In this document: one piece after another, positions 8,231 through 18,717 of the stretch
Layout of the letters: every line of letters begins with the position of its first letter
How positions within the stretch are numbered: the first letter of the stretch is position 1
Origin: Pseudomonadota bacterium
GTDB taxonomy: Bacteria > UBA10199 > 2-02-FULL-44-16 > DYJF01
Direction: 5' to 3'
Assembly: GCA_043823065.1 (NCBI GenBank)
Contig: JBDRBB010000023.1
Location: 31,790 to 95,789, forward strand
Length of the DNA stretch: 64,000 nucleotides
Program-made: the position numbers and the translations under genes
Notes under the pieces: model-generated
Database searches by the model: none
What the model was told of the DNA's origin: nothing
Seen by the model: only the letters and a program-made list of their open reading frames with translations

Positions 8231-8440
8231 TTAGTCTTTAGAAGTGTCTTCTTTGAATGGTATAACTTTGACTTTGCTATCTGCAATTTCCCGCAAGGTG
8301 CAAACAACTTCTTTATTTTTGCAATTTATCAAAGGTTTTGAATTTTTAAAAAGCTGCCTGGTTCTAAGAGCTGCAGCATGAATTAAGGCAAAGCGATTTT
8401 CTACATGTTCCAAACAATCTTCCACTGTAACTCGAGCCAT
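8231..8440 (-). CDS. rpoZ: RNA polymerase omega subunit
   Basis: [28 protein letters not shown]. Confidence 0.95.
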   Translation of the reverse strand: MARVTVEDCLEHVENRFALIHAAALRTRQLFKNSKPLINCKNKEVVCTLREIADSKVKVIPFKEDTSKD

Positions 8441-8561
8441 ATTACCTCCATAATTCGTCGTTCGTCTTTGCGATGCGCTGTGTGCAACCGCCGATCGACG
8501 GCTTTGCTAAATAGGTGAAATTGCAATAAAAGTCAAGTACTTGCTGTTTGACAGACCCTAA

Positions 8562-9965
8562 ATGCTTGTGTTAGTTTTAGCTACCATGCAAAGAATCCAA
8601 AAACTGGTGGAGTTTACCCTTCCTGAATATCGTGAGCGTCATATTTTCACCTCTAAGCTGAGAATAGCAGTTTTTATCGGTTTTTGGGTATTATATTTGT
8701 ATTTTTTGCGGGATGTGCTTAGCCAAACCAAAGTAATTACAGCAATTATCTGTATCTGTTCCTTTCTAACTGGCCTGGCTTATTATTATGTGGTGATGCG
8801 TAATAAATTGTTGATTGCCTCTTTTACAGTAGAATTGTTGGCGGATTTAACCATTATTACCTCAGTAATTTATCTAACTGGTGGGCCCTATAGCCCTTAT
8901 TACACAATTTATGTTATTTATTGTTTTGCTGCTGGTATTTTTTACAATCATTACTTAGCAAGCATTGTCGCTTTTTTCTCGATCATATTCTATGGTGGTT
9001 TTTTGTGGTTATGCAATTTAGGGCTAATTCCACCGCTCATTCTTAGTTATGGCGATCGCCTGCCAATTCCTGCCTATACGCCTTTAGCTCACTTCTTTTT
9101 TGCCTTGGTTTTTTTGGGCCTGGCTATTTATGGGGTTAAAATTGCCTCTTATTTTTCTCAGAAAAAAGAACGCATGTTGGAAGTCAGAAACAAAGAACTA
9201 GAAGAGCTGCATCATAAATTAAAGAAGATTAATGAAGAATTGCAAGAAGCCAACCATGTTAAATCAGAATTTTTAGCAGTAATGAGCCATGAATTAAGAA
9301 CTCCACTTACGGCAATTATTGGTTTTTCAGAATTACTCATGGAAAATGTGGTTGGTGAGTTAAATCAAGCTCAAAGAGAAAGCTTGCAAGAGGTTCTAAA
9401 TAATGGGGCTGATTTGCTGGAATTGATTAATAGCCTGCTTGATTTATCTAAAATTGAATCTGGTAAGATGAAGCTAGATATTAATACGTTTGATTTACGG
9501 GAGATGATTGAGCGGGTGCAGGGCATGATTGCTTCTTTGGTGCAACGCAAAGAACATAGTTTGCTGGTTACATTGCCAGAAAAATTGCCAGCAATTCAGG
9601 CAGATGAAAGAAAATTGCAGCAAGTTATGCTGAATTTACTTTCTAATGCTATTAAATTCACGCCTAATGGCGGAAAAATTGATCTTCAGGTTAATTATCA
9701 AGAGCCTGGGCGTTTTAAATCAGGAACTTTTGAAATTATTGTTCAAGATACTGGAGTTGGCATTAAACCAGAACATTTGGATATTATCTTTGAAGTGTTC
9801 CAGCAAGCAGATAATTCAATCACACGCAGTTTTGGGGGCACTGGTCTGGGACTAGCCCTTGCCAAACAATATGTTGAACAGCATAAAGGAATTGTTTGGG
9901 CTGAAAGCGAATATGGCAAAGGCGCTAAGTTTCATGTATTATTACCCAGAGTTTATTTTAATTGA
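8562..9965 (+). CDS. membrane sensor histidine kinase (start may be ATG 8586)
   Basis: About six N-terminal TMs; KSEFLAVMSHELRTPL H-box; NLLSNAIKFT, DTGVGI and GGTGLGL boxes. Confidence 0.92.
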   Translation: MLVLVLATMQRIQKLVEFTLPEYRERHIFTSKLRIAVFIGFWVLYLYFLRDVLSQTKVITAIICICSFLTGLAYYYVVMRNKLLIASFTVELLADLTIITSVIYLTGGPYSPYYTIYVIYCFAAGIFYNHYLASIVAFFSIIFYGGFLWLCNLGLIPPLILSYGDRLPIPAYTPLAHFFFALVFLGLAIYGVKIASYFSQKKERMLEVRNKELEELHHKLKKINEELQEANHVKSEFLAVMSHELRTPLTAIIGFSELLMENVVGELNQAQRESLQEVLNNGADLLELINSLLDLSKIESGKMKLDINTFDLREMIERVQGMIASLVQRKEHSLLVTLPEKLPAIQADERKLQQVMLNLLSNAIKFTPNGGKIDLQVNYQEPGRFKSGTFEIIVQDTGVGIKPEHLDIIFEVFQQADNSITRSFGGTGLGLALAKQYVEQHKGIVWAESEYGKGAKFHVLLPRVYFN

Positions 9966-10013
9966 GCAGCAGGAATTCAACGTGTATAATACCCAGATTA
10001 AGGGGTATAATGG

Positions 10014-10964
10014 ATGAATGCTATTTTAAAGCAGTATGCCTGGTTAATAGAATTACTGGCAGTGATCTTGTGTTCTTTTTTCCTGGCAAAAATTACCGGT
10101 GTCTATCTGGGTCGTTCTTTGGAATTTAAACGTTCAATAGCTGTCCTGGAAAAAGGAGAGCTGGCAGCGCAAATGGCTATTCATCCCCAATTTTCCGAAT
10201 ATCAGGTTATTTTAGAGCGTAATATTTTTGATTCTACAGCTTCACCAAAAGAAGAAGGCGCAGAAGGCGAGGAACTGGTTGAAGGTGAGACCATTCCCAC
10301 AGGCGAAGCAGTTAAAACAGGCCTGGATATTAATGTTATTGGTGTATTGATGGTTGGTGAAGGCAAAGATAAACGATCTTCTGCAACTATAATTGGTCCA
10401 AGCAAGAAAGAACCATATGTCTATGCTGTTGGGGATGATGAGAGCTTTGCCCCAAATACCAAGCTGGTCATGGTTTCTCCTTTGCGTATTGAATTTTTGA
10501 ACGGTGGAAGGTTGGAATATTGTGAGGTTGGTTTGGAAGCAGGAGAGTCAATCTTTGGACCTCCTCAGCGCGGAGAAATTGTGGCAAGTGTTGGTAACGA
10601 AGTTCAAAGAGAAGAACCTAAAGGGACGTTAATCAAGGCAGAAGGTGGAGGAAAATTCACTATTGATCAAACAGAAATTGAAAATGCCATGACTAATCTA
10701 GATCGTTTATATACAGATATTAGGGCAGTGCCGAATTTTGCAGGTGGCAAGGTTTCAGGTATGAAAATTCTTTCAGTTAGAGCTGGCTCAATTTTTGCAA
10801 AATTGGGTTTACAACGAGGCGATGTTTTACAACGCATTAATGGTTTGGATTTAGATGTCAAACGCGGTTTTGAAATTTTTAATCAATTAAAAGATCAAAA
10901 AACTTTAACCTTAGACCTTATCAGACAAGGGAGTAACCAAACCTTTGAATATGAAATTAGATAA
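10014..10964 (+). CDS. gspC: type II secretion protein C (PDZ)
   Basis: N-terminal TM, ILERNIFDS, C-terminal PDZ (SIFAKLGLQRGDVLQRING); first gene of the gsp operon. Confidence 0.88.
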   Translation: MNAILKQYAWLIELLAVILCSFFLAKITGVYLGRSLEFKRSIAVLEKGELAAQMAIHPQFSEYQVILERNIFDSTASPKEEGAEGEELVEGETIPTGEAVKTGLDINVIGVLMVGEGKDKRSSATIIGPSKKEPYVYAVGDDESFAPNTKLVMVSPLRIEFLNGGRLEYCEVGLEAGESIFGPPQRGEIVASVGNEVQREEPKGTLIKAEGGGKFTIDQTEIENAMTNLDRLYTDIRAVPNFAGGKVSGMKILSVRAGSIFAKLGLQRGDVLQRINGLDLDVKRGFEIFNQLKDQKTLTLDLIRQGSNQTFEYEIR

Positions 10965-13350
10965 AATAACAATAATTTGTTTAGCCCTAACTCTAATTTT
11001 TGGTGGTAGCATTAGTTTTGCCCAAGAACCTGCAGGCAGTGGTCCTATGGGCACCATCAGGTTGCCAGAGCCTCCTGCAGATACTGAACCCAGGGAAGGT
11101 GCTGTGCCAATTGAAACTATATCAGCTGTGGATAATCTTCCTGAGGCTGCTAAACCTAAAGAAGAAATGATTTATTTAAATGTGCAAGATCAAGATATCA
11201 AAGATGTAATCAGGCAGATTAGCAAGGCGACCAGCAAAAATTTTATTATAGATGATAAAATTCGTGGCAAAATTACCATTCTTTCCGAAAGAATGATGAC
11301 CAAAGAAGAAGCTTATCAAGCTTTTTTGTCAGCTCTGGAAGTTGCTGGCTATACTGTGGTAACAGGCCCAGCTGGCATTATTAAGGTTGTTTCCTTGAAA
11401 GATGCTATTAGCAGCCCAATTCCCATTCATGTGGATAGCACTCCCTACACTGATAGTTTTGTTACGCGTTTAATTTCTTTGCAAAATATAAGCGCTGTGG
11501 ACATGTCTAATGCTATTAAGCCGCTTATTTCTAAGGATGGAAACCTTTTTGCTTACCCAGCAACCAATACAATTATTATTACAGATTCAGGAACCAATAT
11601 TGATCGTTTAATGAAAATTATTAAGGAACTGGATCAGGAAGGTCCGCAGCAGGTAATTGAAATTGTGCCAATTAAATACGCAGAAGCAGAACAAATTGCC
11701 ACTACAGTTTTAAGTCTTTTTGAAGCAGAGCAGCAACGCACAGCCACAACTACTCGCCGCACCACACGTGGCGCAGCAGCAGCTACAAGTTCAGAAGAAG
11801 GGTTGCAAGATTTATCTAAAATCATTGCAGATACGCGCACTAATTCGGTAATTGTGGTGGCTAGCAAGAGATCAATTCAGAAGATCAGAAGCATTATTGC
11901 CAGACTGGATACTTTTACCGGTGATGATACAGGCACTATTCATGTTCATTATTTAAAATATGCTAATGCTGAAGAAATGGCAGCAACGCTTTCTGCAGTA
12001 ACTGCTAATGCCGGAGCAGGTGCTGGCGCTGTGGTTAAACCAGCAGGAAAAACTCAAACCACAACCTCGCCAACTGTGGCGCAGTTTGAAGGTGGCATGA
12101 GCATTGGCGCAGATAAAACCACCAATGCTTTAATCATCACTGCTTCAGCCAAAGATTATCAGATGCTAGTGGATGGTTTAATCAGTAAATTAGATGTGCC
12201 CAGACGCCAGGTTTATCTGGAATCTATTGTCATGGAGTTAACTATCAGGCGTGGCGGAGATTATGGTTTGTCTGGTTTTAGCGGCGGTGGCAACAATACC
12301 TTGTTAGGGTTTGGTCAGACCTTTGGCGCAGCGGGCCAATTGTTTGAACCTATGTCGCTTTTTACTTCTGGCGGTTTGTTGGGCGGAGTTATTGGCAGAG
12401 ATACAGTTACCATTAACGTGCCCACAACTTCTGGTACCACGCAAGAGGTTACCATACCTGCTTTTGCCGCTTTTTTGAATTTGGTTTCCACTTACACCAA
12501 TGCCAACATTGTTTCTACGCCAAATATTTTAACTTTGGATAATGAAGAAGCTTTAATTGACATCAAACAAAAGACCTATGCGGAAAGTACCACTATAACC
12601 GGTGGAGCAACTGGGGCGGTCACTACCACACCAGTGCCTTTGGAAGCTGGTTTGTCCTTAAAGATTACGCCGCAGATCAGTGAAGGCGATGCAGTGCGTT
12701 TGCAAATTGAACATGAACTATCCAATTTTACAGGAACGCCAACGGTAAGTGGAGCCACACCTTCGCGTTCGCGCAAAATCAACACCACGGTTATGGCCAT
12801 GGATGGTCAGACAGTGGTCTTGGGCGGTTTAATGGAAGATGTTGAAACCAAGAGTAAACGCAAAATTCCAATTTTAGGAGATATTCCCATTCTGGGTTTA
12901 TTGTTTCAACAAACAACTTTAAGCAAAGACAAAAGCAATTTGCTCGTGTTCATCACTCCTTATGTAATCAAGGATCCTACTGATTTTTCCAAAGTTCTGG
13001 AGCGCAAGATAACCCAGCGTAACCGTTTTATTGATGAAAATTATGGTAAACGGGCCCAAAGATCCATACGCGACATGATAGCTGGACATCGGGCAGATCT
13101 TTTAGAATATACGCCGCCGCCAATTTCAGAGCCAGAACCAACTATGGTGGAAACTACTACTGAAGAAGCAGCGGGAACAGCAGGAACAGTGGAAACTGCA
13201 GAAGGAGCAACAGAAGGTGCTGAAGAGGCAGTGACAACTACTAAACCAGAGCCGTTAAAGGCAAAAGGCAAGGAAGTTACTATTGCTAAACCAGTTACTC
13301 CGCCGCCGCCACCTCCGCCCAAAATTGAAGGGTTGGACTTAGCCTATTAG
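10945..13350 (+). CDS. gspD: type II secretion secretin
   Basis: Signal peptide, N-domains, LDVPRRQV, STPNILTLDNEEA, KIPILGDIPILGLLF. Confidence 0.95.
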   Translation: MNMKLDKITIICLALTLIFGGSISFAQEPAGSGPMGTIRLPEPPADTEPREGAVPIETISAVDNLPEAAKPKEEMIYLNVQDQDIKDVIRQISKATSKNFIIDDKIRGKITILSERMMTKEEAYQAFLSALEVAGYTVVTGPAGIIKVVSLKDAISSPIPIHVDSTPYTDSFVTRLISLQNISAVDMSNAIKPLISKDGNLFAYPATNTIIITDSGTNIDRLMKIIKELDQEGPQQVIEIVPIKYAEAEQIATTVLSLFEAEQQRTATTTRRTTRGAAAATSSEEGLQDLSKIIADTRTNSVIVVASKRSIQKIRSIIARLDTFTGDDTGTIHVHYLKYANAEEMAATLSAVTANAGAGAGAVVKPAGKTQTTTSPTVAQFEGGMSIGADKTTNALIITASAKDYQMLVDGLISKLDVPRRQVYLESIVMELTIRRGGDYGLSGFSGGGNNTLLGFGQTFGAAGQLFEPMSLFTSGGLLGGVIGRDTVTINVPTTSGTTQEVTIPAFAAFLNLVSTYTNANIVSTPNILTLDNEEALIDIKQKTYAESTTITGGATGAVTTTPVPLEAGLSLKITPQISEGDAVRLQIEHELSNFTGTPTVSGATPSRSRKINTTVMAMDGQTVVLGGLMEDVETKSKRKIPILGDIPILGLLFQQTTLSKDKSNLLVFITPYVIKDPTDFSKVLERKITQRNRFIDENYGKRAQRSIRDMIAGHRADLLEYTPPPISEPEPTMVETTTEEAAGTAGTVETAEGATEGAEEAVTTTKPEPLKAKGKEVTIAKPVTPPPPPPPKIEGLDLAY

Positions 13351-13353
13351 TTT

Positions 13354-15051
13354 ATGGAGAATCGAAGTCTAGGAGCCATCTTATTAGAAACTACTTCGCT
13401 GACCGAAGAGCAGCTAGAGCAAGCTTTAGCTGTGCAGCGTGAGCGCAAAATTAAATTGGGCGAAGCTTTAGTGCAGCTAAAGTTTTTGCGCATGGAAGAT
13501 ATTTTAAAAGCCCTATCTATTCAATTAGGTTTTCCTTATGAAAATAAAATTGATGTTGATACTATTGCTCCAGAGTTAATCGATAATTTACCCATTAATT
13601 ATGCGAAGCAAAATGAACTCTTGCCTTTAAGAAAAGAAGGCAAAACCTTAATTGTGGCTATTGCTGATCCTACCAATTTTTATGCCCTAGACGATCTGCG
13701 CATGCTTTTTAATTGCGATGTCAAGCCGGTGATTGCTTCTTCCTATGAAATAGTTAATGCCATTAACGTTGTGTACAACAAAAGCAGCGGTGGTGGTGAG
13801 GAAATGGTAGATGAACTTAACGAAGGAGCTGAAATCGCAGATAACTTTAACGAGCCAGTGGATTTGTTGGATGCCACAGATGAAGCGCCAATTATAAGAT
13901 TGGTTAATTCCTTGTTGTTTAGGGCAGTAAAACAAAAAGCATCTGATATTCACATTGAACCTTTTGAGCGCGAACTCGCCATCAGATTTAGGATTAATGG
14001 CATTCTCTACGATATCATGAAACCGCCCAAAAGAGCGCAAAACTCCATTATTTCGCGCGTAAAAATCATGAGTCAGCTCAATATTGCGGAAAAGAGACTA
14101 CCCCAAGATGGCAGAATTCGTATAAAAATTGCCGGCAAAGATATTGATATTCGTGTTTCAACAATTCCTGCTACCCATGGTGAAAGCGTGGTGATGCGTT
14201 TGCTAGATGCTTCATCTGTGCTTCTAGATTTAGATTCTTTGGGTTTGATGGGCGTGCATCTGGATTTGGTAAATAATTTAATCCATCGCAAAAATGGCAT
14301 AGTTTTGGTTACAGGGCCAACTGGTTCAGGAAAAACTACAACTCTTTATTCTTGTTTGTCTCAAATTAATTCGCGCGAGCTAAAAATAATCACTGTAGAA
14401 GATCCTGTGGAATACCAGCTGCCAGGTGTAAATCAGGTGCAAATCAATCCTAAGATTGATTTGACTTTTGCGGCAGGTTTGCGCGCATTTTTGCGTCAAG
14501 ATCCAGATGTAATTATGGTTGGTGAAATTCGTGACAAAGAAACAGCTGAAATTGCTATTCAGGCATCTTTGACTGGCCATTTGGTTTTTTCCACTTTGCA
14601 TACTAATGATGCTGCTAGCTCAATTACTCGTTTAGTGGAGATGGGAATTGAACCATTTTTGGTTTCTTCTTCAGTCGCTGGTATTATTGCGCAACGTCTG
14701 GTGCGCACGGTTTGTAAGGAATGCGCGCGCAAATATACGCCAGAGGAAGAAGAGCTGGTTCAAATAGGTTTAACTAGCGCAGATCTTAAGGGAAGGCAGA
14801 TTTATCGTCCTGTGGGTTGCCCTAATTGTATGGAGACAGGATATACTGGTCGAATGGGTATTTATGAAATCTTAATTGTTACTGAAGCTGTGCGTAATGA
14901 ATTGATGAAAGGTTCAGATGCTTCAGCAATCAAAAAAATTGCCGTGTCTCAAGGAATGAAGTTGTTGCGTGATGATGCAGCAGCTAAAATGTTAGCAGGT
15001 ATGACAACTATTGCCGAAGTCTTGCGCGTAACCCAAGAGGAGTCAGCATAA
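13354..15051 (+). CDS. gspE: type II secretion ATPase
   Basis: ASDIHIEP, GPTGSGKTTT, LRQDPDVIMVGEIRD, tetra-Cys motif. Confidence 0.97.
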   Translation: MENRSLGAILLETTSLTEEQLEQALAVQRERKIKLGEALVQLKFLRMEDILKALSIQLGFPYENKIDVDTIAPELIDNLPINYAKQNELLPLRKEGKTLIVAIADPTNFYALDDLRMLFNCDVKPVIASSYEIVNAINVVYNKSSGGGEEMVDELNEGAEIADNFNEPVDLLDATDEAPIIRLVNSLLFRAVKQKASDIHIEPFERELAIRFRINGILYDIMKPPKRAQNSIISRVKIMSQLNIAEKRLPQDGRIRIKIAGKDIDIRVSTIPATHGESVVMRLLDASSVLLDLDSLGLMGVHLDLVNNLIHRKNGIVLVTGPTGSGKTTTLYSCLSQINSRELKIITVEDPVEYQLPGVNQVQINPKIDLTFAAGLRAFLRQDPDVIMVGEIRDKETAEIAIQASLTGHLVFSTLHTNDAASSITRLVEMGIEPFLVSSSVAGIIAQRLVRTVCKECARKYTPEEEELVQIGLTSADLKGRQIYRPVGCPNCMETGYTGRMGIYEILIVTEAVRNELMKGSDASAIKKIAVSQGMKLLRDDAAAKMLAGMTTIAEVLRVTQEESA

Positions 15052-15052
15052 A

Positions 15053-16285
15053 GTGCCAGTTTACGAATACATAGGGATTGATCGGAAGGGTAAGAAGGCA
15101 GGGGGCATTGTTGATGCTGACAATGAACGCGCGGCCAGGGTTAAATTGCGCAAGATGGGGGTGTTTCCAACTTCAATAAATTTGGAAGGAGCTAGCAAAG
15201 GTCAAAAACTTTCTTTAAGTACCCAGGTTGATTTTGCTAAATATTTTCAACGGGTAAAAGTGCAAGATATCGCAATTATGACCAGACAGCTTTCAACCCT
15301 AGTTGCTGCTGGTATTCCTTTGGTAGATTCAATTTCAGCCTTAATTGAACAGGTGGAAAATGTGCAATTACGCACCATATTAAGCAAGGTGCGGGAAAGA
15401 ATTACTGAAGGCTCCAGGCTTTCTGATGCGCTTAAAGAGCATTCCAAAATTTTTAGCACTTTATATATTAATATGATTAGCGCTGGAGAAAATAGTGGTG
15501 CTTTAGATGTTGTGCTGCAAAGACTGGCGGATTTTACTGAAGGCCAGGCTAAACTGCGCAGTAAAATAATTGGCGCCATGATTTATCCGGTGATCATGTC
15601 CATTGTGGGCGCAGCATTGATGGGTATGTTATTAGTATTTGTGGTGCCCAAGGTTATGCGTATTTTTGAAGATGTGCATGCCACCCTACCTTTGCCCACA
15701 CAAATACTCATGGCAGTTTCTAATGCAGTTAAAAATTATTGGTATATTGTTTTATTAATGATTATCGTGGCTTATTTTGTGATTAAGAAACAATTGAAAA
15801 AGCCTGCAGGCCGCAGGTGGTTTGATAAACAAAAATTACAATTACCGCTTTTTGGCAAATTAGAACGGATGATTGTTATTTCCAGATTTTCCAGAACGTT
15901 GGCTACTTTGTTGGCCAGCGGCGTACCTTTGTTAACCGCCATGGATATTGTTAAAAATATTGTGACTAACACCATCTTAAAACAGATTATAGAAAATACC
16001 AGAGACAGTGTTCGGGAAGGTCAAAGTGTTGCTGAACCTTTAAGAAAAAGTGGAGAATTTCCACCAATCGTCACCCAGATGATTGCGGTTGGTGAAAAAA
16101 CCGGTTCATTGGAAAAGATGTTGGAGCGAATTGCTGATACCTATGATAATCAGGTGGATAATACCATTTCAGCTTTAATGACTCTTTTGGAACCAATTAT
16201 GATCTTAGTGATGGCAGGTGTAGTATCTTTTATTGTGATGTCGATTCTTTTGCCGATTATGCAGTTGAATCAATTAGGAGGCTGA
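15053..16285 (+). CDS. gspF: type II secretion inner membrane platform protein
   Basis: TRQLSTLVAAGIPL, AGENSGAL, AMIYP, LLEPIMI. Confidence 0.95.
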   Translation: MPVYEYIGIDRKGKKAGGIVDADNERAARVKLRKMGVFPTSINLEGASKGQKLSLSTQVDFAKYFQRVKVQDIAIMTRQLSTLVAAGIPLVDSISALIEQVENVQLRTILSKVRERITEGSRLSDALKEHSKIFSTLYINMISAGENSGALDVVLQRLADFTEGQAKLRSKIIGAMIYPVIMSIVGAALMGMLLVFVVPKVMRIFEDVHATLPLPTQILMAVSNAVKNYWYIVLLMIIVAYFVIKKQLKKPAGRRWFDKQKLQLPLFGKLERMIVISRFSRTLATLLASGVPLLTAMDIVKNIVTNTILKQIIENTRDSVREGQSVAEPLRKSGEFPPIVTQMIAVGEKTGSLEKMLERIADTYDNQVDNTISALMTLLEPIMILVMAGVVSFIVMSILLPIMQLNQLGG

Positions 16286-16291
16286 GGTATT

Positions 16292-16762
16292 ATGACAAAC
16301 ACGAAATTAAAAGGGGGAAAGATGAAAAAATTTTATAAAAACGTAAAAGGTATGACCTTGATCGAAATTATGGTGGTGATCACCATCTTGGGTTTAATTG
16401 CCACAGTTGTAACCGTAAATGTTTTAGATCGGTTGGATGAGGCCAAGGTTAGTACTGCCCAAACCCAGATGAAGGCTTTTGAAGATGCCCTGGCCCAATA
16501 TCGTCGGGATAATGGCGCCTATCCAAGCACAGAACAGGGTTTGCAATCTTTGTCTGAAAAGCCCAGTATGGGCAGAATTCCTAAGCGCTATCCTAAAAAT
16601 GGTTACATAAAAAATATTCCAGAAGATCCTTGGGGGTGCGAATATAAATATTATAGCCCGGGAATTCAAGGTCATGAATATGAAATATATTCTTTAGGCG
16701 CAGATTGTCAGGAAGGTGGAGATGATACTGATGCTGATATCCCCAGTTTTGAAACTGAATAA
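16292..16762 (+). CDS. gspG: major pseudopilin (start probably ATG 16322)
   Basis: GMTLIEIMVV prepilin motif, YPSTEQGL, DPWG. Confidence 0.95.
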   Translation: MTNTKLKGGKMKKFYKNVKGMTLIEIMVVITILGLIATVVTVNVLDRLDEAKVSTAQTQMKAFEDALAQYRRDNGAYPSTEQGLQSLSEKPSMGRIPKRYPKNGYIKNIPEDPWGCEYKYYSPGIQGHEYEIYSLGADCQEGGDDTDADIPSFETE

Positions 16763-16792
16763 GCTGAACAGTAGATCAAATTGATTATATTG

Positions 16793-16821
16793 AGGCGCGG
16801 TTAGTAATACTATCCGCGCCT
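16793..16821 (+). terminator. hairpin after gspG (possible attenuator or mRNA stabiliser)
   Basis: AGGCGCGG...CCGCGCCT stem between gspG and gspH. Confidence 0.5.
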
Positions 16822-16827
16822 ATTATT

Positions 16828-17592
16828 ATGATTTTTATGTTAAAGTTTTTATATATCATCGCGAGCTCTCGAAGAGAGCGTGGCGATCCCGAAGGGCGCT
16901 CGGGATTGCTTCGTCGTTTAACTCCTCGCAATAACAACCGAGGTTTCACTTTATTCGAGCTTATCGTGACCATCACGATAGTAGCCCTAATGATTGGGCT
17001 AGTGGTTGGTCGGGTTGGTAATTTTTTGGAAACAGATATGAAAAAAAGTTCAGCTAAAATGGCTGCTACAATGCGTTATTTATATAATAAATCTATTACT
17101 GAAGGTTTGTATCTGCGTTTGGTTCTAGATCTAGGCGAGCAAACTTATTGGGTAGAGGCAACCAGAGATCCTTTTTTAATGACTAACCCAAATGCAGAAA
17201 CAGATATAAAGGTGAAGAAGCAGGAGGAAGAGGAAGAGGAAGATAAAGATAAAGATAAAGATAAAGAAGGAGAAGAAGCGCCTGTAGAAGAGGGTGAGTC
17301 TAAGTTGCCCGCAATTAAATTTAAAGAAGCCACATTTTCTCAAGTGGATTCCTATCTTTTAAGACCAACTAAACTTCCAGATGGTATTTTTTTCAAGGAT
17401 GTCATGAGCGAGCATCAACCTACGCCAGTTGAAGGAGGAAAAGCTGGTATTCATTTTTTCCCCAATGGCTATGTTGAGCATGCTATCATTAATTTAAAAG
17501 ATGAGGATGATGAAATAAACTATTCTTTAGAGACAAACCCGATTACCGGAACAGTCAAGGTACTTAATGAATATAAAGCAATGGAAAAATAA
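16828..17592 (+). CDS. gspH: minor pseudopilin GspH-like, leader containing an in-frame palindromic repeat
   Basis: RGFTLFELIV prepilin motif, FFPNG; position in operon. Confidence 0.85.
   Translation: MIFMLKFLYIIASSRRERGDPEGRSGLLRRLTPRNNNRGFTLFELIVTITIVALMIGLVVGRVGNFLETDMKKSSAKMAATMRYLYNKSITEGLYLRLVLDLGEQTYWVEATRDPFLMTNPNAETDIKVKKQEEEEEEDKDKDKDKEGEEAPVEEGESKLPAIKFKEATFSQVDSYLLRPTKLPDGIFFKDVMSEHQPTPVEGGKAGIHFFPNGYVEHAIINLKDEDDEINYSLETNPITGTVKVLNEYKAMEK
16854..16936. repeat. REP/RPE-like palindrome inside the gspH leader-coding region
   Basis: ATCATCGCGAG...GTGGCGATCCC...GGGATTGCTTCGTC...CTCCTCGCAATAACA; clear homolog of 7098-7186. Confidence 0.85.
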
Positions 17593-18040
17593 CAAAGGTT
17601 TTACTCTCTTGGAAATCATGGTTTCTGTGGCAATTTTGGCAGTTTCCTTAACCGCGATTCTGCGTTTTCACGGCGATACTTTAATGACTTCAGCCCGGGC
17701 TGAAAAAATGACTATTGCTGCTATGTTGGCTCAGGCCAAAATGACTGAGCTTGAGGTGGCAATAGATAAAGATCTTAAAAAAGGCGAGTTCCCAGAAGAG
17801 AAAAAAGAAGAAGATACTTTTGACGCCCCTTATGAAGAATATAAGTGGCGCATGACCATTAAGCGGGTTACTTTGCCTTCACCCATTCAAGGCGAAGAAG
17901 GTTCGCCACAAAGCATGATTGGCAGGCAATTAACCGAACAAATAGCCCAAATGGTTAGAGAAGTTAAGTTGGAAATTATTTGGGATGAATTAGGCGAAGA
18001 ACAATCCATAGATGTGATTACGCATATTGTAAATTTATGA
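17567..18040 (+). CDS. gspI: minor pseudopilin GspI-like
   Basis: KGFTLLEIMVSVAIL; operon order. Confidence 0.85.
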   Translation: MNIKQWKNNKGFTLLEIMVSVAILAVSLTAILRFHGDTLMTSARAEKMTIAAMLAQAKMTELEVAIDKDLKKGEFPEEKKEEDTFDAPYEEYKWRMTIKRVTLPSPIQGEEGSPQSMIGRQLTEQIAQMVREVKLEIIWDELGEEQSIDVITHIVNL

Positions 18041-18714
18041 TAGCACAAAAAGGTTTTACACTTTTAGAAGTCATGGTCTCCATTGCCATTGTGGCCATGA
18101 TTATGCTTTTGGTTTGGTCTTCCACTAACCAGACTTTGGATTCCAAAGAACGAGTTGAATATCGAGATGCTATCTATCAAAACGGACGAATAGCTTTTCA
18201 AAAAATGACTGATGATTTGGCCATGGCTTTTTTGATCAAGCAGCCACCGGTGAGGACCGGGATCAATCCCAGGCCAACCACTTTTTTTATTGGCGAAGAT
18301 GAAGGAAATCGCGATAAATTAAGATTCACCAGTTTTTCCCATATGCGTTTTTTTAAAGGTGCCAAAGAATCTGATCAATGCAAAATTGCCTACGAAGTAA
18401 TGCCAGATCCTGAAGACTATAATGTATTTAATTTGGTGCGTCGTGAGCAGGCGTATTTAGATGCAGAAACCACTCTAGAGACTAAACCATATATTGTTGC
18501 GGAAAATATCGAAGATTTTGAATTAGAATATTATGATTATCGCAAAGATGAATGGGTAAAGTCTTGGGACAGCGAAAATATTGATTATGCCGGCAAAATA
18601 CCGCGAGCAGTGCGAATGCTTCTTAGTTTTCCAGATCCAGATGAAGAGGGCAAGACCATCGATCTGAGTAGCGCTGTTTTTTTACCCATGTCTTATGAAC
18701 AGATTGATTTTTAA
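18037..18714 (+). CDS. gspJ: minor pseudopilin GspJ-like
   Basis: KGFTLLEVMVSIAI; W..SWD...IPRAV. Confidence 0.85.
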   Translation: MIAQKGFTLLEVMVSIAIVAMIMLLVWSSTNQTLDSKERVEYRDAIYQNGRIAFQKMTDDLAMAFLIKQPPVRTGINPRPTTFFIGEDEGNRDKLRFTSFSHMRFFKGAKESDQCKIAYEVMPDPEDYNVFNLVRREQAYLDAETTLETKPYIVAENIEDFELEYYDYRKDEWVKSWDSENIDYAGKIPRAVRMLLSFPDPDEEGKTIDLSSAVFLPMSYEQIDF

Positions 18715-18717
18715 TTT

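Noticed and set aside
17221..17275. GATAAA tandem repeat in gspH as a phase-variation tract
   Set aside because: Hexamer unit keeps the frame and only encodes an acidic low-complexity linker (EEEEDKDKDKDKE).
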